Made by a program: the position numbers and the translations under genes
Part shown: positions 1-13,084 of the stretch, one piece after another
How the letters are laid out: each line of letters begins with the position of its first letter
Numbering within the stretch: the stretch's first letter is position 1
Notes under the pieces: model-generated
Databases searched by the model: none
What the model was told of the DNA's origin: nothing
What the model saw: only the letters and a program-made list of their open reading frames with translations
NCBI RefSeq assembly: GCF_035084215.1
Contig: NW_027139581.1
Span: 3,534,001-3,598,000, forward strand
Direction: 5' to 3'
Length of the DNA: 64,000 nt
Origin: Heptranchias perlo
Taxonomy: Eukaryota

Positions 1-1159
1 ACCCTTCCATACCCGGGATCAACATCGTGAACCTTCTCTGAACTGCCTCCAATGCAAGTATGTCCTTCCTTAAATAAGGGCACCAGAACTGTCCGCAGTA
101 CTCCAGGTGTGGTCTCACCAGCACCCTGTACAGTTGGAGCATGACTTCCCTGCTTTTATACTCCATCCCCCTAGAAATAAAGGCCAATATTCTGTTTGCT
201 TGCTGCACCTGTATGTTGACTTTTTGTGTTTCATGTACGAGGACACCCAGATCCCTCTGTACCGTAGCATTTTGTAGTATTTCTCCATTGAAATAATATT
301 TTGCTTTTTTATTTTTCCTCCCAAAGTGGATGACTTCACATTTTCCCACATTATATTCCATCTGCCAAATTTTTGCCCCTTCACTTAACCCGTCAATATC
401 CCTTTGCAGACACTTTGTGTCCTTATCTCAACTTGCTTTTCCACCTATCTTTGTATCATCAGCAAATTTGGCCACAAGACACTCTGTTCCTTCATTGAAG
501 TCATTGATATATATTGTAAATAGTTGAGGCCTCAGCACTGAGCCCTGCGGCACCCCACTAGTTACAGATTGCCATTTTGAAAATGACACTTTTATCCCGA
601 CTCTTTGTTTTCTGTTAATTAGCCAATCCTCTATCCATGCCAGTATATTACCCCCAACACCATGAGCTCTTCTCTTGTGCAGTAATCTTTTATGTGGCAC
701 CTTACCGAATGCCTTTTGGAAATCCAAATATACTGCATCCATTGATTCCCCTTTATCCACCCTGCTCGTTACATTCTCAAAGAACTCTCATCAATTGTCA
801 GACATGTTTTCCCCTTCATAAAACCATGTTGACTCTCCTTCATTGTATTATGAGTCTCCAAATGTCCTGCTACTACTTCCTTAATAATGGATTCTAGCAT
901 TTCCCCCAATGACAGATGTTAGGCTAACTGGTCTATAGTTACCTGCTCTCTGTCTCACTCCCTTCTTGAATAGGGGTGTTATGTTTGCGGTTTTCCAATC
1001 CGCTGGGACCTTTCCAGAATCTAGTGAATTCTGGAAGATTACAACCAATGCATCCACTATCTCTGCAGCCACTTCCGATAAGACCCTTGGATGCAAGCCA
1101 TCAGGTCCAGGGGACTTGTCAGCCTTTGGACCCATTAGTTTACCTGGTACTTTTTCTCT
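1..1159 (-). mobile_element. CR1-clade LINE ORF2 (reverse transcriptase) fragment, degenerate
   Basis: Minus-strand peptides [65 protein letters not shown]; broken by stops and frameshifts. Confidence 0.92.
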
Positions 1160-1629
1160 AACCGGTCTCTCTCCGGTGAGACTGTGCCGGTGTGTCAGTA
1201 AATGGGATGATCGAGTGAATCCCTTTCCACACAGAGCTGGTGAACGGATTCTCCCCATTACGAAGATTCTGGTGTGGCAGTAGGTGAGATGAGCGAGTGA
1301 ATCCATTCCAACACTCAGCTGGCGAACGGCCTCTCCCCGTGTGACTGGGTCGATGAGTTTCCAGCAAATGAATCCCTTCCCACAGTCCCCACATTTGCAC
1401 TGTTGATTCCCGGCACATCTGTGTTTGTGTCTCACGGGATAGACGATTGGCTGAAAGGATGTTCACACACAGAACACGTGACCGGTTAGTCACCGCTGTG
1501 ATTGGTGATTTTTCCTTCTATATCCAAAGGCCGATGATATTCAGGTCCTGATGAATCGAGTGACTGTCAGACCTTGACGTGATGTTTGGTTTGAGTTTCC
1601 CATCTGTAAATCCTCCCCTTCTAATATCC
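1160..1629 (-). pseudogene. C2H2 zinc-finger gene remnant, truncated by the CR1 insertion
   Basis: Peptides CGDCGKGF, CWNGFTRSSHLLPHQ..GENPFT and CGKGFTRSSHLLTHRHSLTGERP in shifting frames; TTTTACAG acceptor just upstream of 1629. Confidence 0.8.
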
Positions 1630-1939
1630 TGTAAAAGGAGTTTACCAAAGTTCCTACTTTAATTACAGGATAGAATTTCAGAACAGACAATTCTAGTTTC
1701 TTGTCTCCAGTTTCAAATTCTACTGTCACATTTTATTTGATTTCACTCCTGTGAAGCACCTTGGGATGTTTTACTTCATTAAATGCTCTGTATAAATACA
1801 AGTTGTTGGTCTTTCTGTAGAATATTCTGTCCCCTCCTGTCCCTCCTAATCTGTAAATTCCCCATTCTGCACACTCTCCCTCCTCCCTCCATCCTTACTG
1901 TCTGAAATCAACATTCATTACACCATCTGTGATTTTGTA

Positions 1940-2084
1940 TAAGAAGATAAGAACATAAGAAATAGCAGCAGGAGTAGGCCATTCGGCCCCTCGTGCTTGC
2001 TCCGCCATTCAATATGATCATGGCTGATCTTCGACCTCAACTCCACTTTCCCGCCCGATCCCCATATCCCTTGATTCCCCTACA
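1940..2084 (-). mobile_element. Short 5'-truncated CR1 3' end
   Basis: Reverse complement of the CR1 3' terminus (GGGGCCGAATGGCCTACTCCTGCT..TTCTTATGTTCTTA). Confidence 0.75.
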
Positions 2085-3014
2085 GTCCATCATGAGGTCA
2101 GAATTGGGGATGTTCGCTGATGATTGCACAGTGTTCAGTTTCATTCGCAACCCCTCAGATAATGAAGCAGTCCGAGCCCGCATGCAGCAAGCCCTGGACA
2201 ACATCCAGGCTTGGGCTCATAAGTGGCAAGTAACATTCGCGCCAGACAAGTGCCAGGCAATGACCATCTTCAACAACAGAGAGTCTAACCACCTCCCCTT
2301 AACATTCAACGGCATTACCATCGCCGAATCCCCCACCATCAACATCCTGGGGGTCACCATTGACCAGAAACTAACTGGATCAGCCATATAAATACTGTGG
2401 CTACAAGAGCAGGTCAGAGGCTGGGTATTCTGCAGCGAGTAACTCACCTCCTGACTCCCCAAAGCCTTTCCACCATCAACAAAGCACAATTCAGGAGTGT
2501 GATGGAATACTCTCCACTTGCCTGGATGAGTGCAGCTCCAACAACACTCAAGAAGCTCGACACCATCCAGGACAAAGCAGCCCGCTTGATTGACACCCCA
2601 TCCACCACCCTAAACATTCACTTCCTTCACCACCGGCGCACCGTGGCTGCAGTATGTACCATCCCCAGGATGCACTGCAGCAACTCGCCAAGGCTTCTTC
2701 GACAGCACCTCCCAAACCCGCGACCTCTCCCACCCAGAAGGACAAGAGCAGCAGGCACATGGGAACAACACCACCTCCATGTTCCCCTCCAAGTCACACA
2801 CCATCCCGACTTGGAAATATATCGCCGTTCCTTCATCGTCGCTGGGTCAAAATCCTGTAACTCACAACCAAATAGCACTGTGGGAGAACCTTCACCAGAC
2901 GGACTGCAGCGGTTCAAGGAGGCGGCTCACCACCACCTTCTCAAGGGCAATCAGGGATGGGCAATAAACGCTGGCCTTGCCCGCCACGCCCACATCCCAT
3001 GAACGAAAAAAAAA
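2085..3014 (+). mobile_element. CR1-clade LINE, 3' part of ORF2 plus 3' end
   Basis: MFADDCTVF RT motif, LKKLDTIQDKAARLI, A-rich tail; same family as 37105-37500 and 63325-64000. Confidence 0.85.
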
Positions 3015-3019
3015 TGAAA

Positions 3020-3137
3020 ACCGTGCTGTCGTTGCCCTGGGAATGTTTTATTGGACAGTGTAGAAGGAGCTTTATTCTGAATCTAACCCGTGCTGTACCT
3101 GCCCTGGGAGTGTTTGACGGGACAGTGTAGAGAGAGA
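3020..3137 (+). repeat. About 1.7 copies of a ~67-bp repeat unit
   Basis: CCGTGCTGT..TGCCCTGGGA.TGTTT..GGACAGTGTAGA occurs twice in tandem. Confidence 0.6.
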
Positions 3138-3139
3138 TT

Positions 3140-3743
3140 TGCTCACATATCCTCTCCATCACCAAGACCGCCTACTTCCACCACTGTAACATTGCGCATC
3201 TCCAGCCGACTTGACTTCTCCAATGCTCTCCTGGCCGGCCTCTCATCTTCCACCCTCCATAAACTTGAGCTCATACAAAACTCTGCTCCCCGTATTCCAA
3301 CTCGCACCAAGTCCTGCACATCCGTCACCCCTGTGCTTGCTTTTGGTCGGTCTGGGAACACCTCGATTTTGAAATTCTCATCCTTGTTTCCAAATTCTTC
3401 CATGGTCTCGCCCCTCCCTATCTCTGTATCCTCCTCCAGCCCCACAACCCTCCGAGATTTCTGCCTTTCTCCTAAATCACTCCACCATTGGCGGCCGTGC
3501 CTTCAGCTGCCTCGGCCCTCAGCTCTGGAATTCCCTCCCTAAACCTCTCCGCCTCTCCGCCTCTCTCTCCTCCTTTAAGACGCTCAATAAATCTTACCTC
3601 TTTGACCAAGCTTTTGGTCACCTGTCCTCATATCTCCTTATGTGGCTCAGTGTCAAATTTTGTTTGATTATCGCTCCTGTGAAACGCGTTGGGACCTTTT
3701 ATTGTGTTAAAGGCGCTATATAAATGTAAGTTGTTGTTGTTGT
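3140..3743 (+). mobile_element. L2-clade LINE 3' fragment
   Basis: SRLDFSNALLAGL..LHKLELIQNSA peptide; 3' tail AGGCGCTATATAAATGTAAGTTGTTGTTG. Confidence 0.85.
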
Positions 3744-3981
3744 ATGTTAATTGCTCTGTGCCTGACCTGGGAGTCCCGGACACTGACAAGAGGTGCTCTG
3801 ACTGATTAAATGTCCCATTTCCAGGCTCTGACATCCATCACCTCGATGAGCACAAAGATTCACCTGAAGAAGGTCACACAAATCCATCAGCTTCTCCCCG
3901 GACACAGATACTGAGGGACAGGGAGTTTCCGGGACAGTGACAAGTCTTACTCAATAAGCTATAAATTGATCCTGGACCTCT

Positions 3982-4666
3982 TAGAATCATAGAATTATAG
4001 AAAATTTACGGCACAGAAGGAGGCCATTCGGCCCAACGTGTCCGCGCCTGCTGAGAAACGAGCCACCCAGCCCAATCCCGCTTTCCTGCATTTGGTCCGT
4101 AGCCCTGCAGGTCACAGCTTTTCAGGTGCACATCCAGTTATTTTTTTACATGAGTGAAGGGTTTCTACCTCTACCAACCTCTCAGGCAGTGAGTTCCAGG
4201 CCCCCACCGCCCTCTGGGTGAAAATATTTTCCTCATTTTCGCTCTAATCCTTCTACCAATCACTTTAAATCTATGCCCCCTGGTTATTGATCCCTCTGCT
4301 CAGGGAAATAGGTCCTTCTGATCCACTCTACCTAGGCCCTGCATAATTTTGTACACCTCAATCAAATCATCCCTCAGCCTCCTCTGTTCCAGGGAAAGCA
4401 ACCACAGACTATCCAATCTGTCATCACAGCTAAAATTCTCCAGTCCTGGCAACATCCTCGTAAATCTCCTCTGCACCCTCTCTCGTGCAATTGCATCCTT
4501 CCTGTAATGTGGTGACCGGAACTGTGCGCAGTACTCAAGCTGTGGCCGAACTAGTGTTTTATACAGTTCCAGCATAACATCCCTGCTTTTATGTTCCATG
4601 CCTCAGCTAATAAAGGAAAGCATTCCATCTGCCTTCTTAACCACCTTATCTACCTGTCCTGCTACC
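3982..4666 (-). mobile_element. CR1 LINE 3' fragment
   Basis: LYKTLVRPQLEYCAQF..ERVQRRFTRMLPGL; (ATTCTAT)n-like tail. Confidence 0.9.
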
Positions 4667-5907
4667 ATGTCTAACGAAGCTAGTTGATTTTTTTGAGGAG
4701 CTAATTAATGTGGTAGATTAGGAGTGTCAATGGATGTTATTTATATGAACTTCCAGATGACATTCGACAAGGTTCCACATAAGAGTCTGTTCACAAAATC
4801 GAGAGTGCATGGAATTGGAGGCAATCTATTGACTTGGACAGGGAATTGGTTATGAGGTAGGAGACAGAGAGTGGGGATAATGGGTATGGACTCAAATCAG
4901 CAGGATGTGACTAGTGGTGTCCCCAGGGATCTGTACTGGGGCCTCAGCTTTTCACTATGTTCATAAATGACTTGGATGAAGGAATAGAGAGCCGTGTATC
5001 CAAGCTCGCTGACGACAGTAAGTTAGGAAGCACAATAAATATTGTAGATGGGAGCAGATAGTTGCAAAGGGACGTTGAAAGATTAAATGAATGGGCAAAA
5101 CTGCGGCAGATGGAGTTCAATGTGGGAAAGTGTGAGGTCATCCACTTTCGACCGAAGAAAGATAGATCAGGGTATCTAAATACTGAGATGTTCACAACTG
5201 TGGAAGAGCAGAGAGATTGTGGGGTCCAAGTCCAGAAATCAGTAAATGCTAATGGACAGGTACAACAAAATAATCGAAAAGCTAATGGAACGTTGGCCTT
5301 TATTTCAGGGGGTGGAAAACAAAAGGGTGGAATTTATGTTCCAGCTGTGCTGAGCTCTGGTTAGACCCCATCTCGAGACTCCATTCAGTTCTGGGCAGCG
5401 CACCTCAGGAAGGATATATGGGCCTTGGAGGGGGTACAGCACAGATTCACCAGAATGATACCCGGGCTAAAAAGGTTAAGTTACGAGGACAGACTGCACA
5501 GACTAGGCTTGCATTCCCTGAAGTATAGAAGATTAAAGGCTGATCTCATTAAGGTGTTTAAGATGATTGAAGGATTTGATGGGGTAGATGGGGAGAAACT
5601 ATTTCCTCTGGTGGGGGAGTCCAGAAGAAATGGGCATAACCTTAAAATTTGTGGTAGTCCGTTCAAGGGTGATGTCAGAAAGCATTTCTTCACACAAAGG
5701 GCAGTGGAAATCTGGAACCCTCTCCTCCAAAAAGCTGTTGACGCTGGGGTGAGTGGAAAATTTCAAAACTGAGATTGATAGATCTTTGCTCGGTCAGGGT
5801 ATGAATGGTTACAAATCCAAGGGGGGAAATGGAGGTTAGATACAAGTCAGCCCTGATCTAATTGAATGGAGGAAAAGGTTTAACGGGCTGAATGGCCGAT
5901 TTCTGTT
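4667..5907 (+). mobile_element. CR1 LINE RT-to-3'-end fragment
   Basis: [43 protein letters not shown]. Confidence 0.9.
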
Positions 5908-6257
5908 CGAATGGAAACGTAAAATTATAATTAAAAGATGATTCTCTGGTCCTCACTCCATGGGCTGCATGTGTGCCCCGCCCCGCCGCGTTTGTGTGAA
6001 CACATGAAACAAGAGCCTGGCGGACGGGAGCTTCATCCACCCGCCCCAGGCCGCACCAGAGGACTGAACGGGGCTAAAAACGAGCAGGAATCAAGCGGGA
6101 CTGATCTCCGCGGACTTCCCCACCTCGACCGTCCCTGTTAGTCACTAAATCAGGGCGGTGAAAGATGAAAACTGGCCTCACTGTGTTTGTATCACAGAGA
6201 TGAGGGGATTGGGCAGAACACCAGACCAACACCTTGTGATGATGGAAAGTCTTCTCA

Positions 6258-7156
6258 TTATTTAATGAATTTAACAATTCCAGTCAAGGGATATTTCACC
6301 ACATTCTTCAACTCCTCTCTGAATTTAGTCTGGGTCACGGCATAAATACACGTGTTGGTGCAGCAACTCAGGAGCTGGAGCATAAATCCCAGTTCTTGTA
6401 CAAATTCAGAAAGAGACACAGGAATAAAGTCTAACAGATACAATCGGTTCCATACAAAATACAACAGAAACACCGCCCATAACAGGATAAAATTCCCCGA
6501 TATAACAAACAGTAAAATGATGGATTTCCTTCTCTTCTCCATCTCTGGGTCACTGGGACTCTCCCCACTGCTGTGGGCCCGGAGTCTCCTGCGGACTCTG
6601 CTCGACACTAAAATGTGTCTGACGGTTAAAGCATTGAGGAGCAGAATCAGAACAAATGGAACAAATGGGGTTACAATATAATGAAGGAATACAATTACTG
6701 TCCACACCTGTGAATAACGAACATCCAATGATACAAAACAAAACCAGGGAGAATTACTCATCCAATATTCACCTCCAAGCATAAAGTACCAGAAAGTGTT
6801 CTTCACACAGAACAGCACACTCACTGTTCCCAGAACCACAGCCGCCGTTTTCTCGGTGCAATATTTTGTTTTCAGCTTCTGGCAACAAATCGCCACAAAT
6901 CGATCAAAGGTGAAAGTGACTGTGAACCAGACTGAACAGTCTGTGGCTGCGTAAAGCAGGACGGCGTGGATATTACACACTTTAAAGTCCCATATGAACT
7001 GAAACTGAGTCCAATAAAGAATATGAATTTGCCTGAATATCAGATCAGTGATAACGACCAGTAGATCCGCCGCTGCCATGGACACCAGGTAACGGGTGAC
7101 ACATTTGGAGAGACCGCACCTTCCTCCAGACAGGATCACAATCGTCACTAAGTTCA
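6258..7156 (-). CDS. GPR139/GPR142-like class A GPCR, coding exon 2
   Basis: CTTACAG acceptor (AG at 7158-7157), open frame to TAA at 6260-6258; hydrophobic TM segments, MAAADLLV (TM2), FTFDRFVAIC (DRF), CCTNTCIYAVTQTKFREE (TM7/helix 8). Confidence 0.93.
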
Positions 7157-7219
7157 CTGTAAGGAAGAGAAAAACAGGGAATTGTACTTCAGACTGAGAG
7201 TAAAACCAGCAGCCTGGTC

Positions 7220-7852
7220 GCTCATCCCTGGGAACATTCTACTAAATCTCCTCTGCACCCTCTCCAAAGCCTTGAAATACTTCCTAAAGTGTGATGCCCA
7301 GAATTGGAGACAATTGGACAGCTGAGGCCTGACCAGAGATTTATAACCAGTGGTTAGTCCACTCTTGGAGTGTTGTGCACAGTTGTGATCTCCATTAATA
7401 ACAAGGGTTTCGAGGCACTGGACTGAGTTCAAAACAGATTTACAATGATAATACCAGAACTGAGAGGATATACTTATCAGGAGAGGCTGAACAGGCTGGG
7501 ACTCTTTTCTCTCCTTTTTTTCACTTGTGGTGTAGTGGGGGGACAAAACTAGTGGTCATAAATATAAGATAATGACCAACAAATCCAATAAGCAGTTCAG
7601 GAGAGACTGAGTTACCCAGGGACTGGTTAGAATGTAGAGCTCGCTACCACAAGGAATAGTTGAGGCGAATAGAATAGATGCATTTAAGGGGAAGTTAACT
7701 AAGTACAAGAGGGAGAAAGGAATGGAAGGATATGCTGATAGGGTGAGATGAAGTAGAATGGGAGGAGGCTCGTGTGGAGCATAAACACCGGCATAGACCA
7801 GTTGGGCCGAATGGCCTGTTTGTGAGCTGTAAATTCTATGTAATTCTATGTA
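7220..7852. mobile_element. CR1 fragments in the GPCR intron (minus ~7220-7350, plus 3' end ~7460-7852)
   Basis: LVRPQLSNCLQFWASHFRK..LERVQRRFSRM; GGGCCGAATGGCCTG..ATTCTATGTAATTCTATGTAA tail. Confidence 0.75.
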
Positions 7853-7859
7853 ACCCGAG

Positions 7860-8935
7860 TTTAGGAATTTTTAAATTGAGGCTTCGCTCGACCGGGAGCC
7901 AATGCAGGTCAGCAAGCAGAGGGGTGATGGGTGAACGGGACTTGGTGCGAGTTTGGATGTGGGCAGCAGAGTTTTGGATGAGCTCAAGTTAATAGTCGAG
8001 TCCGGAGGTAACAAAACCATGGGTCAGGATTTCAGCAGTAGATGGGCTGAGGCAGGGGCGGAGACGGGCAATGTTCGGGAGGTGGAAGTCGGCGATCTTG
8101 GTGATGGAGAGGATATGGGGTCAGAAGCTCAGCTCAGGGTCAAATAGAACGCCTACTGGTCCGGTTCAGCCTCAGACTGTGACCAGGGAACTGGATGAAA
8201 TCAGGAGCGAATGAACGGAATTTTTGATGGGGTTCGAAGACAATGGCTTCAGTCTTTCTAATGGACGAAACTTCTGCTCATCCAGGACTGGACGTTGGAT
8301 TCGCAGTGAAGGGGTCGAGAGAGGCGGTGGTGAGAAACAGCTGGGTATCAGTTCCATGTGGAATCTGACTTTGTGTTTTCGATGTTGTCACCGAGGGGAA
8401 GCTTGAATATGTGACATAGGAGGAGGTCAAGGATTGTTCCTTGTGAGACACCAGAGATGACGGTGCGGCGGCGGTAAGACAAATCATTGCAGGAGATTCC
8501 CTAGCTAATCCTGAATTGATAGGAATGGAAGCAGGCGAGGGCAGTCCCACCCAGTTGGACAACGGACGAGAGGCGTTGGAGGTGGCTGGTGCGGACACCC
8601 GTGTCAAAGGCTGCAGACAGGCCAAGAAGGAAGAGGAGGGATAGTTTTCCACGGTCAGGCACATGGGATGTCATTTGTGACTTTGATTCGGGCCGTCTCA
8701 GTGCTGTTACAGCGGTGGAAACCTGATTGGAGAGGTTGCTGATGCATTTGCAGGAAAGATGGGCACAGATTTTGGAAACGACAACACGTTCAAGGAGAGG
8801 AAAGGGAGCGTGGAGATGGGGGCAGTAATTTACAAGGACCGAGAGGTCATGGATTTTTTTTGAGGATGGGGTGATGACGGCAGATTTGAAGAGGAGACGA
8901 GAGAGAACCGTGAATGAAAGGGTTAAATTTGCCCC
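7860..8935 (-). mobile_element. L2-clade LINE fragment
   Basis: LSLLFLLGLSAAFDT..LQRLSSVVQLGGTALA peptide; homologous to 40645-42270. Confidence 0.8.
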
Positions 8936-8957
8936 TTTGGACATTACATTTGGACAT

Positions 8958-9414
8958 TGTAGGTTTAAACTGCAAAGGCAGCAATGTGCAGAAACTTTGA
9001 GAAGCTTCGGTTTTCAACAACAATTGATCTGAATGAAAGCAACGATCAGGAGAAGCTTCGAAAAGCTTCAAACTGGCTTTTGATTCTCAAAACAACTGAT
9101 AAGAACCTGAACAGATAACAACTTGGAAAAAACAATGCTGAAACAGTTAGAAACCCTTGGGAAAGACAATTCAAGTTACTTGTTCACAGGTAACAGGAGT
9201 TTTAAGGTCTGCTGGTTATAGTTAATGACACTGATCTGTGGAAACCAGCGCTGACAGTCAGATCACCAATACACTCTGAAATATTGGACAATATCCAAGA
9301 ATGATTCAGCTCCAGGCAGCTGTTTTACTCTATGAACACATATTTCTGATCCGATACTAGGGTTCAGTGCAGAGAGCAGACGGCAAACTGTTCAATAAAG
9401 AGAATCGTCCACCA
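8958..9414 (+). mobile_element. Putative solo LTR (457 bp)
   Basis: Starts TG, ends CA, flanked by ACAT at 8954-8957 and 9415-9418; AATAAA at 9394-9399. Confidence 0.4.
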
Positions 9415-9682
9415 ACATTCCTTGTGGACGAGACTCAAATAACAGGCAAATCCTAAAAAATGACCATCAGTTGAAGAAAGTTATGAAAAGGAAATGGTGT
9501 TCATCGAACTGGGGCAGTGAATCGGGAACTGTTCACATGTTACATGAAGGAAACAAGGTGCATTACCAGACACTGAACAAGAGGATTACACTGAATACAA
9601 TTAATAACCGGGTCAAAAGGACAAGGACAGTAAATACAGTTAAACATGGTTTACAGAATTAATTGCTGAAATAATGACTTAC

Positions 9683-9836
9683 CAGGAACACCAACAGCAG
9701 CGAGGAGCGGATAGTAAATCTTTTGTACATCATGAAATGCCCACAGAATCCGAAGCTCAGTTGGAACATACCAGAACATGATATCATTATCTGTGCGATC
9801 CAATGATAACTGTTTGTACTGGAGGCCAAGCTGCAT
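9683..9836 (-). CDS. GPR139-like GPCR, coding exon 1 (N-terminus to TM1)
   Basis: ATG at 9836 reads MQLGLQYKQ..VQKIYYPLLAAVGVP, then phase-1 GTAAGT donor; joins exon 2 in frame (GVPVNLVTIVIL) to give 350 aa. Start codon choice uncertain. Confidence 0.82.
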
Positions 9837-10250
9837 CAAACACTCTGCTGTGACGCCTTGAAAACAGTCCGTATTTGTGGCCTGAGGGAACTCTCCAGTG
9901 AGACAATTAAACGACACATTGACATTAATTAAGGTCAGTAAACAAACAAGTCGGGTTAATCCCTTAACACCATCACTCCATATTGAAAATAACAGGTAAA
10001 CAAGCATTTTACTGATGTGAAGTGAAGCTACCAAAAGGTCTGAATATTACTTAAAGAAAATGATGTAAAAAAAGAAAATAAGAATCCCGCAGTCTTACAG
10101 TGCTGATGTGAAGAGAGAGCAGCTTCACTGACAGAGTTCAGATTATTTCTGTGAATTCAGCCGGCAATTTCAGAATTTTTCAAATACGTTTTCTGGGGTG
10201 GAGTTCACAAAAGTGCAAAAGAAAACAAGGATAGATTGAAGCAGATAAAG

Positions 10251-13084
10251 TAATGGTCAGTGAGGATACATGGGGGCTGATAATATGGTGGTCAGTAAGG
10301 ATACATTGGGGCTGATAATATAATGGTCAGTAAGGATACATGGGGGCTGATAATACAATGGTCAGTAAGGATACACGGGGGCTGATAAAACAATGGTCAG
10401 TAAGGATACATGGGGGCTGATAATACAATGGTCAGTAAGGATACATGGGGGCTGATAATTCAATGGTCAGTAAGGATACACGGGGTCTGATAATACAATG
10501 GTCAGTGAGAACACATTTGGTGTGATAATGCAATGTCCTTTACGGATACATGTGGGTGACAACTGAATGTTTTGTAAGGATTCTTGAATGCAGGTAATGC
10601 AATGATCAGTAAGGAAACACGGGGTTTGCTCATGCAACGGTCAGAAAGAACATAGTTGTGTGATAATGTAATGGTCAGTAAGAACATAGCGGAATGATAA
10701 TGCAGTAGTCAGTAAGAATACCTGGGGTTTATCCGACAATGGTCAGTAAGGATACGTGGGGTATGATACTGCCATGGTCAGCAACTGGAAATGGGGCAGA
10801 TAAAATACTGGTCACTAATAATGTGAAGGCGTGATAATACAACGGTCAGTACGGATACTTGAGATGTGATAATGCAATGGTCGATAAGGATACTTGGATG
10901 CAGATGATACAATGGTCAATTATGATACATGGGGGTTATAATACAATGGGCAGTAAGGATAGTTGGGGGCTGATAATGTAATGGTCAGTAAGGAGAGATG
11001 GGATTGATAATACAATGGTCAGTAATTATACATGGGGTGTGATAATGCAATGGCAGTATGGGTACATCGGTGGTAATAATACAATGATCAGTAAAAATAC
11101 ACGGGGGTGATAATACAATATTCATTAAGGAAACATGGGGCCGTTAATTCAACAGTCGGTTAGAATACATGGGATCTGCCATTTACATGCTCATTTAGGA
11201 TATTTTACGCAAATAATGCAATGGTCAGTAAGGATACATGGGGGCTGATAATAGATTGTTCTGTAAGAACACATGGTGGTGGTAACACAATGGTCAGTAA
11301 AGATACTTGGACACAGATATTACAATTGACAGTGCGAATACATGTGAGTGATAATGCAATGGTCAGTAAGAATACATGACTGTTCATTATACGATGGTCA
11401 GTCAGGATACATGGGATTGATAATACAATGGTCAGTAAGGATACATGGGATTGATAATACAATGGTCAGTAAGTATAAATGGGGGTGATCAGAGAATGGT
11501 CAGCAAGGACACATATTGTGTGATAATGCAATGGTCAGTAGGAATACTTATGGTCGGATAATACAATGGTCAGTAAGAGTACCTGGGATGTGTCAGTGCA
11601 ATGGTCACTAAAGATACTTGGATGCAGATAATACAGTTGTCAGTGAGAATATATGTGGGAGAAAATAAAATGGTCAGTAAGAATATAAACAATTGTCAGT
11701 AAGGATACATGTGGTGTGCTGATACAATGCTGAGTAAGGATACATGTGGAAGATAATGTAATGGTCAGTAAGAAGATATGACGGTGGTAATGCAACAGTC
11801 AGTCAGAATATATGGGAGCGATAATACAACGGACAGTAAGAATACATGGGAGTGGTAATAGAATGGACAGTAAGTAAAGATGGGGGCTGATAATACAATG
11901 ACCAGTAAGTATGAATGGGTGCCGATAATATAGTGGTCAGTGAGTATACATGGGGCTGATAATACAATGGTCTGGAAGGAGACATGGGGGCTGATAATGC
12001 AATGGTCAGGAAGGAGACATGGGGGCTGATAATGCAATGGCCAGGAAGGAGACATGCGGGCTGATGATACAATGATCAGTAAGGATACATGGGGAGTGAT
12101 AATAGAATGGTCAGCAATATACATGGGGGCTGATAATGCAATGGCCAGTAAGTATACATGGGGGCTGATAATAGAATCGTCAGTAAGCAGACACGGAGGC
12201 TGTTAATACAATGGTCATAAGTATACACGGCGGCTGATAATAGAATGGTCACTAATATACATGGGGGCTGATAATATAATGGCCAGTAAGTATACACGGG
12301 GGCTGATAATACAATGGCCAGTAAGTATACAGGGGGTATGATAATACAATGGCCAGTAAGTATACAGGGGCTGATAAGACAATGGTCAGTAAGTATACAG
12401 GGGCTGATAATACAATGGACAGTAAGTGTACAGGGGCTGATAATACAATGGTTAGTAAGGATAAATGGGGGCTGACAATACAATGGTCATTAAGCACACA
12501 TGGGAGTGATAATATAATGGTCAGTAAGGATACATGAAGGATGATAATACAATGGTCATTAAGTATACATGTGAGTGATAATAGAATGGTCAGTAAGTAT
12601 ACACGGCGGCGGATAATACAATGGTCTGTAAGTGTACACGTGGACTGATAATACAATGATCAGTAAGGACACATGGGCACTGATAATACAATGGTCAGTA
12701 AGGACACATGGGGTCTGATAATATAATGGTCAGTAAGGATACATGGATGCTGATAATACAATGGTCAGTAAGGATACATGGGGGCTGATAATACAATGGT
12801 CAGTAAGGATACATGGATGCTCATAATACAATGGTCAGTAAGGATACATGTGGGCTGATAATACAATGGTCAGTAAGTATAAATGGGGACTAATAATACA
12901 ATGGTCAGTAAGGACACACGGGGGCTGATAATACAATGGTCAGTAAGGATACATGGGGGCTGATAATACAATGGTCATTAAGGACAGATGGGGACTGATA
13001 ATACAATGGTCAGTAAGGATACATGGGGACTGATAATACAATGGTCAGTAAGGACACATGGGGTCTGATATTACAATGGTCAGG
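10251..13084. repeat. 35-bp minisatellite, about 80 copies
   Basis: Consensus AATGGTCAGTAAGGATACATGGGGGCTGATAATAC; period 35 (e.g. 10322 to 10357). Confidence 0.97.

Noticed and set aside
881-1435. Apparent ZNF-reverse transcriptase fusion ORF
   Set aside because: Chance in-frame junction of a frameshifted ZNF pseudogene and an inserted CR1 fragment
10251-13084. ORFs in the 35-bp array, and CRISPR-like periodicity here and at 17.2-18.5 kb and 42.7-43.2 kb
   Set aside because: Head-to-tail repeats without unique spacers, vertebrate context, no cas genes; the ORFs are repeat artefacts
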